Positions 13,636 to 27,195 of a stretch of DNA of 64,000 bases are shown here, piece after piece. The stretch spans positions 188,604,001 through 188,668,000 of the forward strand of contig OZ024743.1 in NCBI GenBank assembly GCA_964016885.1, given 5' to 3'. Made by a program: the position numbers and the translations under genes. Source of the stretch: Eledone cirrhosa. Lineage: Eukaryota. A model generated the notes under the pieces. It was not told where the DNA came from and ran no database searches. It worked only from the letters and a program-made list of their open reading frames with translations. Each line of letters begins with the position of its first letter. Position 1 is the stretch's first letter.

Positions 13636-16600
13636 ATGGAATTGGACACAGCTACTACAGGCAATTTTGTTTCCTTGTCAGTTTGGAAACAATTAGGAAA
13701 ACCGAAGCTGCAAGATGTCAAACATCGGTTTGAATCTGCCAGCAAGCACGACCTGCCCGTTCTGGGAACTTTCATGGGCCAAACCAAGGATCCAAAGACT
13801 GGTAAACGGAATTCAATACCCTACATCGTCACCAAGAACCCTGATCTTAATTTGCTGGGACGAAACGCTATCCAGACTCTGGGAATTTCCGTGGACAATG
13901 CTCTAGGATTGAAAAGCATAGACAGCCAGGCCAAGAGTGGGGGTGCAGAAGTGATGCAACCAAAGACCTCAAATGAGCTTTATATTTCCATGCAACGAGA
14001 TTGTCACATGTGTGATGAATTCCCAGATCTCTTCAAGCAAGAATTGGGATGTCTTAATGACTTCGAACTGGAAGTGAAGTTCAAGTCGGACGAGACACTG
14101 GTCTTTCACAAGGCACGCCCGGTCCCGTTTGCTCTTCGTGATGACCTGTCCAAAGGTTACGAAGAAGGCATCGCCAAAGGAATCTGGAAGCCAGTACAGT
14201 TCAACGAATACGGAACGCCAGTGGTACCGATTCGTAAAGCACATACTTCAGGCAACCTGAAGCCCAAACTACGGATTTGTGGTGACTACTCTGTGGGAAT
14301 TAATGACCAACTTGCAGATCATCGTCATCCAATGCCACTCCCAGAGGAACTGATGCAGAAACTCGGAGGTGGATTCGGATACACAAAGATTGATCTTGCT
14401 GATGCCTATAATCAGATCAAGTTGGCTCCAGAAAGTCAACGCAGGCTTGCACTCAGCACTCACCGTGGGGTGCTCCTGCAGGAACGACTCCCTTTCGGAA
14501 TCAGGTCAGCACCTGGTTACTTTCGGGAGATCATGGAAAACCTGACTCAAGATCTACCTGGTGTGGCCGTCTTCCAGGACGACATGTTCGTCAGTGGGAA
14601 AGATGCAAACGATCACCTGAACAACCTAAAGTGTCTGCTCACACGTCTGTGCGACAAAGGACTCAGATGTCACCGTGACAAGTGCCAGTTTGCACTACCC
14701 AGTGTGGAATACCTTGGACACACCTTGTCGGCTGAAAGGATCGCGAAGGGATCCAAGGTCGAAGCAGTTTTAAAGATGCCACCTGCAACGAACGTCTCAA
14801 ACTTGAAGTCTTTCCTGGGTTCAGTTCAGTTCTATGGAAAGTTTATCCCAAACCTGGCCAGCATGGCAGAGCCACTCTATTGCCCTACGAAAAAAAACAA
14901 CTACTTGGAAGTGGGGAGATGAAGAACAGTCAGCTTTCGATCAGTCGAAAAATGTGCTTTCATCGGATCAAGTTCTGATACACTTCGATCCAAACAAAAC
15001 TTTGGGACTGGCTTGCGACGCGTCAAACGTTGGTATTGGAGCAGTCCTGTTTCATCGCTATCCTGATGAAAGCGAGCGCCCAATATCCAATGTGTCCAAG
15101 ACTCTTACTTCTGCACAGCGTAACTACGGCCAAATTCAAAAGGAAGCCCTGGCCATCATATTTGGCTTTGCAGAAGTTCTATCAGTATCTGTACGGACAT
15201 CAGTTTATACTCGTAACTGACCACAAGCCACTGACATCACTGTTCAGTCCGAGGAAAGGGTCGCCACTTCTCGCTGCTAACCGACTAGCACGGTGGGCCC
15301 TGTGGCTGAACCAGTTTGACTACACCATCGAATATCGGAAAACAGCGGATCATGGCAATGCAGATGCCCTCAGTCGCTTGCCATTTGGTAATGACATCGA
15401 CTTTGACAGGAAGGAAAATGGTGAAGACATGGACATGGTGTGCTCCATCAAAGCTCTCAGTCTTCAAGTCCAGCCTATCGATGCTAACGTCCTCCGTCAA
15501 GAGTCAGGGAAATATCCAGTGATATCTACAGTGATACGCTACGTCCGTGAAGGCTGGCCACCAAAGAATACTGAGATCAATGACGAAGTCAATAAGTTCC
15601 GGAAGTTATCGGATTCACTCAGTATCTGCCACGGATGCCTTATCCATGGATCGAGAGTTGTGATTCCACATAGCTTACAGCCAAAGATCCTCAATCTTCT
15701 GCATCTCGGACACTTTGGCACGGAGCGCATGAAACAATTGGCAAGAACTGCTGTTTATTGGCCTGGTGTCGATGCTGCTATAGACAAAACCAGTCGACAA
15801 TGTGATTCGTGTGGTGAACATCAAAACCAGCCATCCAAGTCTCCAGTTCACCCATGGATGTTACCTGAAAAGCCGTGGAGCCGCTTACACCTGGACCACG
15901 CAATAAATTTCATGGGCAGTAATTGGTTAGTGATCACGGATGCTTATTCCAAGTATCCATGCATTCATCTTACGTCATCCACGTCCTCCAGAGCCACTTT
16001 AGATCTGCTTGAAGAAGATTTTGCGCACTTCGGATTTCCTCACACGCTAGTCACCGATAACGCACCAACTTTTATTTCTGAGGAGTTCCAGAGCTGGTGC
16101 AAAGAACGTGGGATCACGCACCTGACAGGGCCACGTTACCACCCAGCTACTAACGGAGCAGCGGAACGTTTGGTACAGACAAGCTCTGAAGAAGACTTCT
16201 CTTCCGCCGAAGCGAGCACTTCAAGAGTTCTTGATGCAGTACCGGAGAACACCGACATCCAGTGGATTCTCTCCGAGTGAACTTTTGAATCACCGGCAGA
16301 TACGGACAAGGATTGATTCTCTGCTGCCCTCGCCAGCACACATCGCTCAAGGCAAGCAGTCTAAGGAAGCATATAAGTCTCAGATGACTCCGGAATCGGC
16401 AGGTGTCGCTAAGGTTACCAGGCAGTACAAGGCTGGAGATCCTGTATATGCACTGTACTACGGACCTCGCCGAGACAAAGATCCCCAATGGGTACCAGCA
16501 ATCATTGAGAAGTCATTGGGTACTCGCTGCTTCAACGTTAAGGTCATACCTCATGGCCCGGTGTGGAGATGACACTGGGAACAGCTGCAACCGCGGTACA

Positions 16601-16806
16601 CTACTGAGGAAGACAATGTATCTGGTGATGCAGTAGACACTGTTTTTGAATTTGCAACAGATCACCCGATGGAGATCTCGGAAATCGTGCCACTAACTCC
16701 AAGACAGACCAGACCCAAGACCTTGTTGCCCGTTCCAGAGTATGGACCAGACAATCGAAGACGGTCCAAGAGAACTCGTAAACCCCCAGAGAGACTTTGC
16801 TGTTGA
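13636..16806 (+). pseudogene. pol: Gypsy pol (protease, RT, RNase H, integrase), frameshifted
   Basis: LDTAT protease; RICGDY, KIDLADAY, LPFGI, FQDD RT; LACDAS/TDHKPL RNase H; H-H-C-C zinc finger and D,D,E integrase; frameshifts near 14900, 15170 and 16180. Confidence 0.9.
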
Positions 16807-16830
16807 TGCTTCTTTTGTCGCATCAATTTC

Positions 16831-16840
16831 GGTGGGGAGG
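16831..16840 (+). promoter_or_regulatory. Polypurine tract
   Basis: GGTGGGGAGG abutting the 3' LTR. Confidence 0.8.
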
Positions 16841-17118
16841 TGTTGTATGGACTGGGAATCGAACTCACAACCTCATTGTTGTATGGACTGTTAAATTTCT
16901 ATTCAATTTACACGTGCTCACACATTTGCATATGAATCACGTGACCTGGGCAGTCAGTCAGCGTTGGTATTAAAAACTCGGTCACAGACTGCTGCTGGCA
17001 CTTACTTTATGTTATTCTGCTACTGTGAGGAGGGGCGTTTTTGTTGTTTCGTACAATACACAAATTATTTGATATAACTCGTTGTGTTTTCTCTGCGAGT
17101 ACCGAGAGGAATACAACA
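16841..17118 (+). repeat. 3' LTR
   Basis: Direct repeat of 12209-12489, followed by (AT)n. Confidence 0.95.
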
Positions 17119-17729
17119 ATATATATATATATAAGGAGTTGACGGACCCAGCATATTTATCAATGCCATTACCGGTTGTATCTCAGCGTACTCAATGGGC
17201 AATGTAAGATACATTCCCAAAGTATACACATAGTTATTTGCTTCAACACAACACACGTAAAATGGGTGCCTATAATGGTCCCCGGACTCGAGTTTATGCC
17301 GCACTAATGCAGCAGTAAGGTGCACTGCACCAGCCGTCTGCATATATTATGCAACAATACACATATATATATATATATATATTTTATTTTGTATACTTTT
17401 GTTAATTTTTATTTTTATTTAATATAATTTGATTTGTTTCTCAATGTCAATCCTTTCTGGTGTGTAAAACTTCTCACCTCCAGACAAATACCAAACTTAT
17501 ATTTTTTAAAGTGCTGATTTGTAAGAAAACTACTTTGAAGAATGCTTTAAGCAGGAACATACTAATCCTTGAACCACAGGTTTAAAATTTTTCACCAATC
17601 AAAAATAACAGTTTGTAAACAATTAATCATTAAAGAGTAAAATAATAACCATCATAAAAGTCTTTCTAATCATTTTTCAATATACAGGGTGTCCCCCAAA
17701 ATATATACACACTTCAACAGCATTCTAAT

Positions 17730-18790
17730 AATTATTGCCTCTGGCAAATGGCCATGGTCAGTGTGTAAGAAAGGAGTAGGCAGAAACTCCATTCTATGTT
17801 CCAAATGCCAACTATGGGTACATAAAAGATGTAGTGGGATCAGAGGTAAGCTATCTAAGAAATTAGATTTTATATGTGGCCGATGCTCAGGGGCAGTAGC
17901 AAGGACCCACTGGATGATATCTCCTTCAACTGCCCAGATGGTTCTATAGAAATAGTAGACACCTTCCATTACCTGGGTGACAAAATCAGCAGTGGAGGAG
18001 GGTGCTCTGAAAGTGTAGTAGCCAGAATTAGTGAGGGATGGAAAAAATCCAGAGAGCTAATACCGCTGCTGGCCACAAGGGGTTTTTCTCTAAAAATGAA
18101 TGGCAGATTGTATGATGCATGTATATGAACAGCGATATTAAATGGCAGTGAGACTGGGACATTGTGTGCTGAAGACCTGCGTAGATAAGAAAGAAATGAA
18201 GCTTGCATGCTCTGATGGATGTGTAATAGTAATGTGTGTGAAAGGCAAAGCATACACAAACTAAGAAGGAGACTAAGCATAAGAGGTATCAAATGTTGTG
18301 TTCTGGAGAGGAGACTGTGTTGGTATGGACATGTGATGCGTATGAAGGATGACAGCTGTATAAAAAAAGTGCAGGGCAATGAAAACTAATGGAAGCTGCG
18401 GAGGGGATAGACCAAGAAAAACCTGGGACAATGTGATGAAAACTGACCTTGCTCACTTACACCTCTCTAGGACAATGACACTGGATCGAGATCTTTGACC
18501 CGACTCACATAAAACCTAGAGTCAGTAGGCACCTATTAACTCAATGTGCACCCCACCCCAACACCTCAACTCCATCCTCCCTTTCCCGTTCCATCCACTG
18601 TGTCGATGACACAACAGTCCACACTGTAAATCTGGTTGGTGTTAGAAAGGGAATCCAGCTGTAAAAAAACCTGCCAGAGACGCTTCCGTGCCAGCGAGAC
18701 ATGGTCTCCCAACCATTCCCGCATCAAATGGAACAAAACCATCTAACCCATGCTAGCATGGAAGATGGACATTAAACGATGATGATGATT
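17730..18790 (+). mobile_element. 5'-truncated decayed RTE LINE (family 2) with long 3' UTR
   Basis: SGKWPWSVCKKGVGRNSILCSKCQLWVHKRCSG, FHYLGD, GWKK.REL, GRPRKTW; tail GGACATTAAACGATGATG. Confidence 0.85.
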
Positions 18791-18846
18791 GCCTGGACAG
18801 GTAATCAAAGTGTGTATACATGTTTTTTGGACACTCTGTGTGTGGG

Positions 18847-18878
<32 letters not shown>

Positions 18879-18908
18879 AGAACAAAAGATGGTTAAAAGA
18901 GTTCCATG

Positions 18909-18979
18909 TATTTTATTATGCGCATTTCAAAAACAAATATCATCATGCAATAATATTTGTGTTTTCATCAGATAAAACA
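18909..18979 (-). ncRNA. Hammerhead ribozyme in inverted pLTR
   Basis: Reverse-complement copy of 22754-22824. Confidence 0.82.
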
Positions 18980-20408
18980 TGAAGACATGGATAGTTCAGT
19001 TTTAAATCAACATATGAGAAGTAGTTTTAGATTGATGTGTTATTTTGGGAAAAATATTTTATTTAGAGGGGGGGGTGGAAAGGATGAAAAAGAGGAGGAG
19101 ATGAGAGTAAAAAGTGGAGAGGGAGGAGTATAATGAGGAAGGATGAGATAGGAGGAGAGATGGGTGATAGAGAGAGAGAGAGATAGCTTTTATAACTGAG
19201 AAAGATATATTGTTTTACATAGAGAGGTTGAAAACCGTTGGAAGATAATGAATAAATTAAAAGAATTTGAAAATTAACGAAGAGAAAAATAATGTAAAGT
19301 TAAGGTTTGTATATTGAAGGATTTGATAATATGTGTGATGAAAAAAGAAAATGTTAATATGTATTGAGAATAATGTTTAAGGGTTTAATAATATGTGCGA
19401 TGTTAAGAAGATGTTGATATGTATTATTAAAAGAAACAACAGGTTATTTAAGTAAGGAAATATTGTGAGATGAATGAGTTAGATGAAAGGGAGAAAAGAA
19501 TAATGAATTGAGGACGAATAATCTAACGTCAAAAAAATGTATATGCTTACGAAGGATTTTCACAAGGTGAATAGAGTAAGAATGTATTGTATTATGTAAT
19601 ATTTGATTCTATGTTAGGCAAGAGTGAGAAAAGGTACAGATTAGGGGTTAGACATTAAAAGAAGAAGAGAAGAATGAGTAACAAGTATTATAGTATGTAT
19701 AATAACCTTTGAAATAAGGTAGAAAGATGGGTATATTTTTAAAAGAAGTGTATATATATATATATGTGCCTTTGAGAAAAAGATTCTAAATTGATAAAGA
19801 ATTGAATATTAGCTGTATACTTTGTGAAATGTTTTATGGAATTTATGCAAGCAGATAGAAAACAAGTCAGTGCGATTAGAAATAATGGTAAATTTTTCAT
19901 TTAGGCAGAGATTGCAAATTTTGGATAGAGAACTGTTCAAGTATGGAGACGCAGAAGAAACCTTCTTCCAAAAGATGCTATATTTAATATTTTTGTCTTT
20001 CAAGGACCATATGAGTTCTGAGAGAGCCGTGTTGGTTCTTTTAAGTTTGTATTTAAAAGACGAATGATGGTTATAAAGACGAGCTTTAAAAGAGGTGGAA
20101 GTGGAGCCAAAATAGGTGAAGGAATTGGTGTCAGTTATAACTTTACATTCGTAAATCAAGTTTTTATCAAGACAATGGTTGTTGAGAGGACATTTATTTT
20201 TAATAGGGCAATTGCAATTGCGATTAGAGAGATTATTAATGAGTGACCTAGTGTTATCTATAGAAGGAATTGGATTGGAGAAGTTATTTGCGATAGGAAT
20301 AATAGTTTCTTGATTTAGAATGGGATTAAGAACATTTAGCGAAGTTGTGTTTGACGTTGTATTTGGGTTTGTAGAAATTAGCCTAGGGTTTACAATGACG
20401 TCGGGAGT

Positions 20409-21899
20409 AAAACCATCCTAGAGTTCAACAACGAATATTGGACCAGAGCCGATACCTCTAACAACTTCGACATCACAATGGGAGCATCCGATTCATCCCA
20501 ATTGACAGATTTAATTGGTATCTTTATTTTGAACTCTTTGAGTCGGAAAATTCCTCAACTTCGCGGTGGAATTTATCGTGACGATGGATTCTTTACTATC
20601 TTAAATTGTAATATAGTTAACCTTAATATTATTAAGAACAATATATGTAATCTCTTTAACCAACATAACCTAAAAATTGAATTTGATAACAGCATCAAAC
20701 TAGCTAATTTCTTGGATGTATCTCTTAATCTTGACACTGGCCTATATTACCCTTACCATAAAAATAATGAGAACCTAAATTATGTTTACTTTAAATCTAA
20801 CCATCCTACTAATATCAAGAATGCTATAGTTAGTAATATTGGAAAAAGAATATCTAACCTATCTTCTAATAAAAACATCTTTGATGCTAACACCAATTAC
20901 TATAATAACGCGCTTTCTAAAGCCGGCTATCCTGATAAAATTAAATATAGTAAAGAAACAAATTCTAGAAGAAATTACAGTAGAATAATTAATCATGATC
21001 ATTCCAATAACTTTAATAAAAGACCTAGATACAAAAACATAATCTGGTATAATGCTCCTTTCTCCATCTCTATTAATAACAATATTCCTAAATTATTCTT
21101 TAGTGCCTTAAATAAATGCTTCCCTCCCTCACATATCTATAGTAAAATATTTAACAAACACACTATAACATTTTCCTATTCTACATCCTCCAACATTTCC
21201 AACATTATCTCTAAACACAACAATAAAATACTAAATACTAAATCTCTTCCTTCCAACACTGAATATCATAATAATAGTACTCCCGACGTCATTGTAAACC
21301 CTAGGCTAATTTCTACAAACCCAAATACAACGTCAAACACAACTTCGCTAAATGTTCTTAATCCCATTCTAAATCAAGAAACTATTATTCCTATCGCAAA
21401 TAACTTCTCCAATCCAATTCCTTCTATAGATAACACTAGATCACTCATTAATAATCTCTCTAATCGCAATTGCAATTGCCCTATTAAAAATAAATGTCCT
21501 CTCAACAACCATTGTCTTGATAAAAACTTGATTTACGAATGTAAAGTTATAACTGACACCAATTCCTTCACCTATTTTGGCTCCACTTCCACCTCTTTTA
21601 AAGCTCGTCTTTATAACCATCATTCGTCTTTTAAATACAAACTTAAAAGAACCAACACGGCTCTCTCAGAACTCATATGGTCCTTGAAAGACAAAAATAT
21701 TAAATATAGCATCTTTTGGAAGAAGGTTTCTTCTGCGTCTCCATACTTGAACAGTTCTCTATCCAAAATTTGCAATCTCTGCCTAAATGAAAAATTTACC
21801 ATTATTTCTAATTTAGATTCTATAATAAATAGACGCACTGACTTGTTTTCTATCTGCTTGCATAAATTCCATAAAACATTTCACAAAGTATACAGCTAA
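20409..21899 (+). CDS. PLE reverse transcriptase (C-terminal half) plus GIY-YIG endonuclease, 5'-truncated open frame
   Basis: Frame open from the inversion junction (KTILEFNN...FDITMGASDSSQLTDLIG...GIYRDDG...FLDVSL...SNHP...WYNAPF...CNCPIKNKCPL..C...LIYECKV...YFGST...FKARLYNH...CNLCLNEK...CLH). Confidence 0.88.
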   Translation, partial: KTILEFNNEYWTRADTSNNFDITMGASDSSQLTDLIGIFILNSLSRKIPQLRGGIYRDDGFFTILNCNIVNLNIIKNNICNLFNQHNLKIEFDNSIKLANFLDVSLNLDTGLYYPYHKNNENLNYVYFKSNHPTNIKNAIVSNIGKRISNLSSNKNIFDANTNYYNNALSKAGYPDKIKYSKETNSRRNYSRIINHDHSNNFNKRPRYKNIIWYNAPFSISINNNIPKLFFSALNKCFPPSHIYSKIFNKHTITFSYSTSSNISNIISKHNNKILNTKSLPSNTEYHNNSTPDVIVNPRLISTNPNTTSNTTSLNVLNPILNQETIIPIANNFSNPIPSIDNTRSLINNLSNRNCNCPIKNKCPLNNHCLDKNLIYECKVITDTNSFTYFGSTSTSFKARLYNHHSSFKYKLKRTNTALSELIWSLKDKNIKYSIFWKKVSSASPYLNSSLSKICNLCLNEKFTIISNLDSIINRRTDLFSICLHKFHKTFHKVYS

Positions 21900-22753
21900 T
21901 ATTCAATTCTTTATCAATTTAGAATCTTTTTCTCAAAGGCACATATATATATATATACACTTCTTTTAAAAATATACCCATCTTACTACCTTATTTCAAA
22001 GGTTATTATATATTCTATAATACTTGTTACTCATTCTTCTCTTCTTCTTTTAATGTCTAACCCCTAATCTGTACCTTTTCTCACTCTTGCCTAACATAGA
22101 ATCAATTATTACATAATACAATACATTCTTACTCTATTCACCTTGTGAAAATCCTTCGTAAAAATATACATTTTTTTGACGTTAGATTATTCGTCCTCAA
22201 TTCATTATTCTTTTCTCCCTTTCATCTAACTCATTCATCTCACAATATTTCCTTACTTAAATAACCTGTTGTTCCTTTTAATAATACATATCAACATCTT
22301 CTTAACATCGCACATATTATTAAACCCTTAAACATTATTCTCAATACATATTAACATTTTCTTTTTTCATCACACATATCAAATCCTTCAATATACAAAC
22401 CTTAACTTTACATTATTTTTCTCTTCGTTAATTTTCAAATTCTTTTAATTTATTCATTATCTTCCAACGGTTTTCAACCTCTCTATGTAAAACAATATAT
22501 CTTTCTCAGTTATAAAAGCTATCTCTCTCTCTCTCTATCACCCATCTCTCCTCCTATCTCATCCTTCCTCATTATACTCCTCCCTCTCCACTTTTTACTC
22601 TCATCTCCTCCTCTTTTTCATCCTTTCCACCCCCCCCCTTCTAAATAAAATATTTTTCCCAAAATAACACATCAATCTAAAACTACTTCTCATATGTTGA
22701 TTTAAAACTGAACTATCCACAAGTGTTCTTTAACCTTCATATCAATGTCTTCA

Positions 22754-22824
22754 TGTTTTATCTGATGAAAACACAGATATTATTGCATGATGATATTTGT
22801 TTTTGAAATGCGCATAATAAAATA
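22754..22824 (+). ncRNA. Minimal type I hammerhead ribozyme in PLE pLTR
   Basis: TGTTTTAT-CTGATGA-long stem II (CAGATATTA/TGATATTTG)-GAAA-TGCGCA-TA-ATAAAATA; palindromic stem III ATGCGCAT. Confidence 0.85.
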
Positions 22825-22950
22825 CATAGAACTCTTTTAACCATCTTTTGTTCTTATATATTATGTATACTCCAGTCCTACAAAGTGTAGAGTGCTTATT
22901 ATCCGATATCTGCATTGCTGTATTGTACTACAATACAACTCACCTCCTAC

Positions 22951-23051
<101 letters not shown>

Positions 23052-23596
23052 TCATCATCATCGTTTAACATCCATCTTTCACGCTAGCATGGGTTTGGAC
23101 GGGAATTTTCCCACTTGAGGCAAGATTAGTTGTCTTGCTTGTATAGGAATGTCTGGCGGGTTTTCTACGGCAGGATGCCCTTCCTAACACCAACCACGTT
23201 TACAGTGTGGACTGGGAGGTTTTTACCGTGTTACCTACACAGCCACATTACAGCGTGGACTGTGTGTTTTTTCTAGTGACACCTACACGACGTCATTTAT
23301 TTAGGACTGGATGTTGTGGTACCAACATAACTTTACATCGAAAGGGGTGGTGTGGGGTAGTGGGACGGGGGTCGGGGGTGTATATTGGTTAAGAGGTGCC
23401 AACTAACTGTAGGTTTCGCTTTGTACTTAGGCAAGGTGGGTCTTCTCTATTACCGCGTAGCGCCAAAGATCTCGGTCCAGTGACATTGTCTTGGAGAGGT
23501 GTAAGTGTGTGAGGTCGAAATTTATCAAGTCGTCCCAGGTTTTTCTGGGTCTGCCAACACCGTGGCTACCGTCTATTTTGATCGCCCTGCACTTTA
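23052..23596 (-). mobile_element. RTE family 2 3' end
   Basis: KCRAIKIDGSHGVGRPRKTWDD...DRDLWRYAVIEKT followed by the 3' UTR and (ATG)n tail. Confidence 0.85.
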
Positions 23597-23597
23597 T

Positions 23598-23916
23598 GGA
23601 GGCACATGGCTTAGTGGTTAGAGCATTGGCCTTGCAATCGAAAGGTTGTGAGTTCAATTCTCAGACCGTGTGATGTGTTGTTTCCTTGAGCAAGACACTT
23701 TATTTCTCATTGCTCCAGTTTACTCAGGTCCATATCATTCGACTGCAAAGTGGTCGTGGATGTGCCACGGCAAAAAACCACCCAGCACTCACTGTAAATA
23801 AGGTTGGTGTTAGGAAGCGCATCGAGCTGTAGAAATCAAGCCAGAATCAGTTCCCATCCCACCCTTGCAAGCAGGGAAAAAGCGGACGTAAAATGAAATG
23901 ATGATTATGATGATGA
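23598..23916 (+). mobile_element. tRNA-derived SINE family 1
   Basis: A box TGGCTTAGTGG, B box GAGTTCAATTC, CCTTGAGCAAGACACTT core, RTE-like tail. Confidence 0.85.
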
Positions 23917-24432
23917 TATATATATACATATATTTGGTGATGGTCATTTTGCCAATTTTGCCAGCAAAAGCCCACTTTAGTCGATTTTCACTTCACCTGT
24001 ATTATTTTTTATTAATGATGGAAAATATTAGGGCGGTGGATTGGCAGTATCAGTCGAGGATCGGACGCCATGCTTTGCAGCATAGAAAGTCTATATCAGG
24101 TTCGGCTCTCTTGTTGAAAACCTCGCTGATAAAAGTGTGACTAGAGAAAAGTGAGGAAAGGTAGGCCAACAGTGCCAGATCTGATGCAGAGTGGAGGCTG
24201 AGGCTACCAAACCTCACAGGGAGCTTTGTCTGTTGTCAGCTGGTGCTCTTGAAACTAAATTAGTCAATCAAAGCTTTTTCAGCACACATTTTGTGACCCC
24301 GTCAATGACATCTGTTCTCCTGTGTCTCCTCTTCCTTTTAGTCTTAATCCATTTATATCAAGAGTCTTGCAAAAGAAATACATATACATGTATTTATATA
24401 TATATATATATATATAGAAATACATAGACATG

Positions 24433-24482
<50 letters not shown>

Positions 24483-24739
24483 TGTATATATATGTTTTCC
24501 TACCCATGGTAGCATGGAAGATGGACGTTCAATGATGATGACAATGATGATATATATATATATATATATATTAGTTCACTTTGTAAGGTGGTAATTGGTT
24601 TTTAGAAATGGTATTTAGCCATAGAAAATCAAACCAAAAATGGATTGTAGGAGCAAGACATGGTCAACTAATCTCTTGATCCTCATAACAGGACTTCATC
24701 TAACCCATGTTCGCATGTTAATATGGCTATCCATTGTAG

Positions 24740-25860
24740 GTGGTGTTTTTATCCCTTATAAAACAGTAAGAAATAACAAATACTTATTCAGCCTCCCTGT
24801 ACACCAGCATTCACCAGCTAAGACCATCCCTCAGTGCCTAGAGGAATGATGAAAACTCATGCTAGACTTTCCATTAGCAGGTCTCACCTTGTTGCTGGAA
24901 TTCTCAACCAACTACACATTAAATACACTACCTACAACTATAAATACACTACCTACAACGAAATCAGTGCACTTCCAATTGGAGCCAAACTAAGTGGAAC
25001 CCTGGTAACCCTAACAAGGGATAGCCTGGAATGAAGAGCACTACACTTTGTATTGTACATTGTACTAGACATACATAGATGATACTACTGCTAATGCATT
25101 TAAATGATGCAAAAGAAATATATTAAATATTTAATGAACTTTACATCACCATATTCAACATCAAACACCCAGCAGATTCTGGGTTCCTAAATTTGCTCGA
25201 CTTTACCCTATCCATATCTTCAGGAAAAGATCACATCAGCTTCTATGATAAAGAAACAAGAGAGATGTCTTCTTCCTCCCAGACTCAGCATATCCACGAA
25301 GCCTAAAACAACATGCGGTCAGAAACAAACTTATATGCCATACAGACGCATGTGATGAGGGTACACAAGCAAGATCCATGCTAAACAACTTTTGGAATCT
25401 ACAGAGAGGCTATGGACATGCTTTGTAAAAACTTTGTTGAGAGTATAAAAGGAGAAAATAAACAAACATTCACAAACACTACACAGCAATATCAACCACC
25501 ACCCTTAATCATAATAGAAAACCACAACCACTCGCAGACCAACAACAATGAGGAAAGACACAACAACACCAACAAGAAGGCAAATAAAAGAGAGAAAGAG
25601 AAGTGAGAACAAAGATAAAACCTGTGTCTAACTTGATCTTCCATATGAAGGAGAATGGACATAAAATCATATGAGAAACTGTATCACAAGAGCAGGCCTC
25701 CCAGTGGGTGTAGTATGGCCTTTGAGGATGTTGAGACAAAACCTGTGAGGACATTGAGACAAATAAAAAGGCTACTGCCTTTGGAGATGCACTGTCAGAG
25801 AATACACTTCCCCAGGAATTAACAACAACAATACAAAACCAATAAGCTTGAGAAACCATG
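24740..25860 (+). pseudogene. Decayed Penelope-like RT (Naiad-like)
   Basis: SLYTSI, LPIGAKLSGTL...DSLE, YIDD, LNLLDFTL...FYDK...SAYP, LDLPY fragments across frames; degenerate hammerhead on minus 25879-25912 (CTGATAA-GGAA..TTCC-GAAA). Confidence 0.6.
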
Positions 25861-26019
25861 TAGTATCCTTACTAAAAGCCCTAGATTTCGGAAAACTATT
25901 CCTTATCAGGGATCAGAGAGCTCAACCCAAGCAAAACTCTGAAACACACTACTGTTCCATGACAACTCATACAGTTTAAAAATTGAAGATGATTCATTAT
26001 TTAACATACCCATTGTGTC

Positions 26020-26342
26020 CTAGACAAAAGCACCCAGTCAACACTGTAAAATGATCGTATAGGTGTCACTACAATAGTACCCAGCCCACATTGTAAAGTG
26101 TTTGTGTTGGCAACATGATAAAAAGGGCCAAGCCAACACTATAAAGTGGTTGTGTAGGTGTCATGATAAAAAGCACGCAGCACACAATGTAAATGTAGTT
26201 GGCATTAGGAGGGGCATCCAGCCTTAGAAACCAAGCCAAAATCAATTCTATGTGAGCAAAACATGGTACTTTAACCTGGATCTCTCACAACCGGACAGCC
26301 CATCCTACCCATGCTAGCATAGAAAATGGATGTTAAATTATG

Positions 26343-26346
<4 letters not shown>
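26020..26346 (+). mobile_element. Older RTE family 2 3' UTR fragment
   Basis: Repeated CCCAG.C.ACACTGTAAA units, GGCATTAGGAGGGGCATCCAGC box, CCCATGCTAGCAT tail. Confidence 0.6.
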
Positions 26347-26398
<52 letters not shown>

Positions 26399-26631
26399 TA
26401 AATATATATAAACACGCACATACAAATATATATACATATACGGGATGGCTGCCCCCTTGTTATCAAATATGGCCATTGCATGATAAAAAAAAAACCCAAA
26501 AAACAAACAACCATATACATTGATAATTAACAGTGCTGCAATCGAATGTAGCTTTTTAGCCCAGCCAATTATCTAAAATGTCTTGCACAGAGTTGGCAAC
26601 CATGATAAAAACATTCACTGGCAATAGCCAG

Positions 26632-26985
26632 CTATGGTTGGTCTTCATGTACTTTTGCATGTCGTTTGAGTCCTCCTGCTGATCTACACTCTTTTCCACA
26701 TGTTTGACAGGTATAATGAATAGCATCTCCAACAGCAACCTGGTAGTCAACCACTGGTTTCAGTTTATGATTGCGAAGATGACTTCTGAGTCCAGCTTTG
26801 CTGAGGCAGAGTCTTGCACATACACTGCATGTCAGCTCCATAAGAGGACCTTTGTTGTCTGGAAATGTAACAGCAATGCCTTTTCTGCCATCTTCTGCAC
26901 TACATCCTTGTCAATGTGCATGGAAGACGGGATGAGTAGTGTATTCATGTTCCTTGTGGGGCTGTGTGTTGGACGGACTACCACC
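26632..26985 (-). pseudogene. LINE (RTE-like) C-terminal fragment with two C2H2 zinc fingers
   Basis: CSVCARLCLSKAGLRSHLRNH and CQTCGKECRSAGGLKRHAKVH; this type of finger ends many RTE ORFs. Confidence 0.55.
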
Positions 26986-27195
26986 TAGTACGTGCAAAAT
27001 TGAAAATAATTATATAACGTATAATCCGGGCTGTAGGTGTTACCCTGCCTTAAAGACTGAAAGTTGCTCATCTTAGGGATAATAGCGCGAAGCGGACATT
27101 GCGAGATGTTGGTGAGGATTGGCCAACCCTTAAAAAGTCGATATATAGATATATATACATACATATATATATCTACATATATATACATATATTTG

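Larger units (their letters stand above)
12209..17118 (+). mobile_element. Ty3/Gypsy LTR retrotransposon (Mag/K02A2.6-like), near full length, inactivated
   Basis: LTRs 12209-12489 and 16841-17118 (TG...CA), PBS, PPT, domain order gag-PR-RT-RNaseH-IN. Confidence 0.95.
18873..22861 (+). mobile_element. Penelope-like element (Hydra-clade-like), 5'-truncated with ~1.5-kb inverted duplication
   Basis: Arms 18873-20409 and 21278-22861 are near-identical reverse complements; RT+GIY-YIG ORF; hammerhead in each arm; TA-rich flanks. Confidence 0.92.

Noticed and set aside
26020-26200. CRISPR-like short spaced repeats (CCCAG.C.ACACTGTAAA)
   Set aside because: Degenerate internal repeats of an RTE 3' UTR in eukaryotic DNA, with no cas genes.
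26632-26841. C2H2 zinc-finger host gene
   Set aside because: Only two fingers, no TGEKP linker, and the pattern matches LINE C-terminal fingers.
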